A program made the position numbers and the translations under genes. DNA of 64,000 nucleotides from Yuukianura sp. NJ FZ-2021 (Eukaryota), in the NCBI GenBank assembly GCA_046563655.1, contig CM102289.1, positions 1,116,001 to 1,180,000 of the forward strand, in the 5' to 3' direction. Under the pieces are notes generated by a model. That model ran no database searches, had not been told where the DNA came from, and saw nothing but the letters and a program-made list of their open reading frames with translations. This document shows, piece by piece, positions 61,220-64,000 of this stretch; position 1 is the stretch's first letter; every line of letters starts with the position of its first letter.

Positions 61220-62429
61220 TCTTCGCTTTCTTCGACTGTTCTTGACCTACATGTAACGAAAAAGAAACAGTTTAAGTTTCAAACAAAAGTCAATGTCAAA
61301 TTCATCAAAAGCCAATCGCTTATTCAATTCCAATGCCCAAAAAATAGAACTCACCGATCCACCAATATAGTCTCCTTCAGTTATCTTCCAAAATTGTCTT
61401 TCTTGCCCTAATTAATTGTTAAACTCAATTACCGAACTTCTTCCCAAAAACAGTTGAATTCATAAGACGAAATCCAACCATACACAAAACACATGACGCA
61501 AGTAAACGTAGACGATGAATAATGGTCGTACTAAAAGTCCCACCTACAGCAGCGCACCACTGCATGCAGAGATGGGCACACTAAAATTCTGTTCTTTAAA
61601 TGTTACAAATTAAGTTTAATATGAAAATTAATGTTTAATATATTATATATTATTACTTGCTAATATCACTTTATAATAATAATGACGAATGAAAACCATT
61701 GACGTGTAGCAGTATGTGACCAGTTTTCCATCCAAGTATGTTGTGGAGGGAGTAACTATTATTACGTGTTTTTCCCAGTGAGTTTTGAAATCATGCGATG
61801 AATTTCGCACCAATCAAGTCATTTCCCTCGACATCGTACGACTCATTTTTTTGCAAAAACTTTTAAGTATGCGGCGTCATTTGTTGAATGTAGTCCTTAT
61901 CCACATGAAACCCAATTAAATTATAAATAAGAGTGTAAGATTATAATAATATAAAAAAAATTTTTTTTTTGCCTCAAATAACGATTGGATTTATTATTAT
62001 TCAACATTTAACTAAAAATTTAACATTTAAAAAAATACTATAATTTATAATTTAAATTAATAGTATTACGTAAGTATGTATTTTGGTAGCAAAGTATAGA
62101 TTATTTCCAAGCACGATACGTAACTACATCTGTACATTTCTTGGAAACGATAAGTAGCTTCACCTTCGCAGCTAATTTTTGTTTCCTTCGAAAATTGGTT
62201 GGATTTGCATTTTAATGAAAGCTAAACACGTAGCAACCAATCAGAAGCTTCAGAATCATGTAACAGAATGAATTAGAACAAATTAGCAACTAGTACTTAA
62301 GTTTTTGCTAATTTTTCACATTACTATGTCAGTTGGACGTCCCGGAAATCTTGCCAGTAGATTTCCAGCAACTTTTGCATTCATTTTAACAACAAACAAT
62401 AAGTTCAGAATCTGCTTTTTGAAACAGAA

Positions 62430-62932
62430 ATGGCGATGCTGGTAAAATTATTTTTGGTTTCTTTGGCTCTGGTGCTCTATTTCTCCGGTAAGTTAATATT
62501 TTTTTTTAAATAATTAGAAAAAAAACTTAAATAAACGGAGAAGTTAAAACAAAATTGTTATAGTTTTACTGCCTTCAATCTAAAATTTTTGTTTCTTCAA
62601 TATTTTCCTTTGACAATTTTGATTTTGTTTTAGAAAATGTGGAAACGGCTACAATGCATGTTGACAAATGTGATAACCGTTGCGGTGGATCTAAACGTTC
62701 GTGTTCAATTAATTTAAAATAAATTATAATCAGGTGAATTATAATTTAATTAAATTCTGTAGTAAATCCATTTGGGCCGTCCGGTACATGCAAGAGTTGT
62801 TGCTTAGAGAAAGGATTTTACGCAGGAGGGGAATGCGGGGACTTCCTGTACCGACATTGTCGCTGTATCCAGAACCCCCCTGGGGGGTTCATGCCCCCAC
62901 AGTACCCCCCACACTATCCTCCACAAGGTTAA
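62430..62932 (+). CDS. Secreted 8-Cys defensin-like peptide with Pro-rich tail (3 exons)
   Basis: Spliced: MAMLVKLFLVSLALVLYFSENVETATMHVDKCDNRCGGSKLNPFGPSGTCKSCCLEKGFYAGGECGDFLYRHCRCIQNPPGGFMPPQYPPHYPPQG. Confidence 0.7.
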
Positions 62933-63055
62933 ACATCTTACATAACATAGCATTACATAATACATACGTTACATAATAAACAGAGTTGCTGTCTAGGCAC
63001 ATGCTTTCTGCTATGAAAAAATTATTTACAACTACTTTTTTTTTGAAATGTTAAT

Positions 63056-64000
63056 CTATTTTTTTAAATATGCGGCTAGTCCCACCGCACCGGGGTTTAG
63101 GGGGAACTGGAGACTGTTTAAAGTCGGCGAATACTGTTGGACCAACTGCGCATGCCCAGGTTTTGCCAATGACATTACATGGATTCCCGGGTATATTGGA
63201 GTGAGGATGTACAGAAAGTCTGCCTGGGGCAAGCTGAGACTAAGTTCGTCCAACGGTCCTCCCGGAATTTCGTACTGATTCAAAATTTGGGCCGACAGCG
63301 TTGCAATGTGCAGTCTCGACTCGGTCACCAAATTTATTCTAGTGTCTGTTGTAAACAAGTGCCCACTGCGTCGAGAAAATGCTGTCCAACATGTAGTTTT
63401 TTGACCTGGAATCAAGGTCATGCGCGATGCAGCGACCACTCCGTTTTCTTGTATCCGCGCAAGTCCGAACCCGCCGCCACCATTATCCGAAAAAGCTACG
63501 ACTGGATTCGAACCGATACCGGTTCCCGGTACGATACTCATACCAAATGGAATAGCGGATCCGATCGGTTCGTTCCGAACTAACTTTCCGATTCCGTTTC
63601 TTCGGATATGAAAACTTCCTAAAATTGCGGCTACTCTGGGTTTTGGTTTTCCTTTGATAGTGACTAGAAGTTGAGACGAATCGGGAGTAAACAAGAGGTC
63701 GCTTGGTGCTCCATAAAATGATGTGTTTTGAATTTTCAAACCGAGAGGGCGGGAAACTCGTGGCAGGGCGGTTATGGACGGAACTCCGTTGGATTCTCTG
63801 GAAAACGAGAAACACTGCACACCATTTTTGGAGCCACCGTTGACAACACACAACATTTGGAGTTTGGTTGAAAAGGCAAGTGCGACGGGAAAATGGCCGC
63901 CACTGGACACAGTTTGGACAAGTTTAAGTTTAGTGGGGGACCGGCGGTTGATTGTAAAAAGTGACACGGAGCTTGAGCCTGCGTTGACTCCAAACAGCAC
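63056..64000 (-). CDS. Lactonase/cycloisomerase-like beta-propeller protein (5' partial), fungal/bacterial-like
   Basis: Intronless within the window; VNAGSSSVSLF, SGGHFPVALA, CVVNGG..NGVQCF, FTPDSSQLLVTIKG, GQKTTCW; higher GC than its flanks. Confidence 0.7.
   Translation of the reverse strand: MLFGVNAGSSSVSLFTINRRSPTKLKLVQTVSSGGHFPVALAFSTKLQMLCVVNGGSKNGVQCFSFSRESNGVPSITALPRVSRPLGLKIQNTSFYGAPSDLLFTPDSSQLLVTIKGKPKPRVAAILGSFHIRRNGIGKLVRNEPIGSAIPFGMSIVPGTGIGSNPVVAFSDNGGGGFGLARIQENGVVAASRMTLIPGQKTTCWTAFSRRSGHLFTTDTRINLVTESRLHIATLSAQILNQYEIPGGPLDELSLSLPQADFLYILTPIYPGIHVMSLAKPGHAQLVQQYSPTLNSLQFPLNPGAVGLAAYLKK

Overview
AT-rich, intron-containing eukaryotic DNA. By inference it is a hexapod, most like a springtail (Collembola), judged from divergent chemoreceptor expansions, bacterial-type UGTs, a fungal-like gene and many palindromes. 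1-28 kb is a rearranged segmental duplication with divergent ionotropic-receptor (IR)-like genes, two gustatory-receptor-like genes, a bacterial-type UDP-glycosyltransferase plus fragments, and several transposon insertions. Those insertions are a foldback element, a Harbinger-type MITE, an ORF1-only non-LTR element, a truncated CRE-clade retrotransposon, a TTAA element and a hAT-like element; most can be delimited from target-site duplications and paralogous empty sites. 28-64 kb holds otopetrin, three defensin-like peptide genes recovered by manual splicing, a signal-peptide-bearing TTLL4-like gene and a GOLM-like gene. It also holds a near-intact Helitron with a palindromic 3' end, a carotenoid oxygenase, an ADGF/ADA2 deaminase, an intact IR-like gene, a PLP decarboxylase, SREBP and a partial fungal-like beta-propeller gene. 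Nine degenerate tRNA-like elements occur, mostly inside introns. All calls come from manual reading; exon boundaries and family names need computational confirmation.
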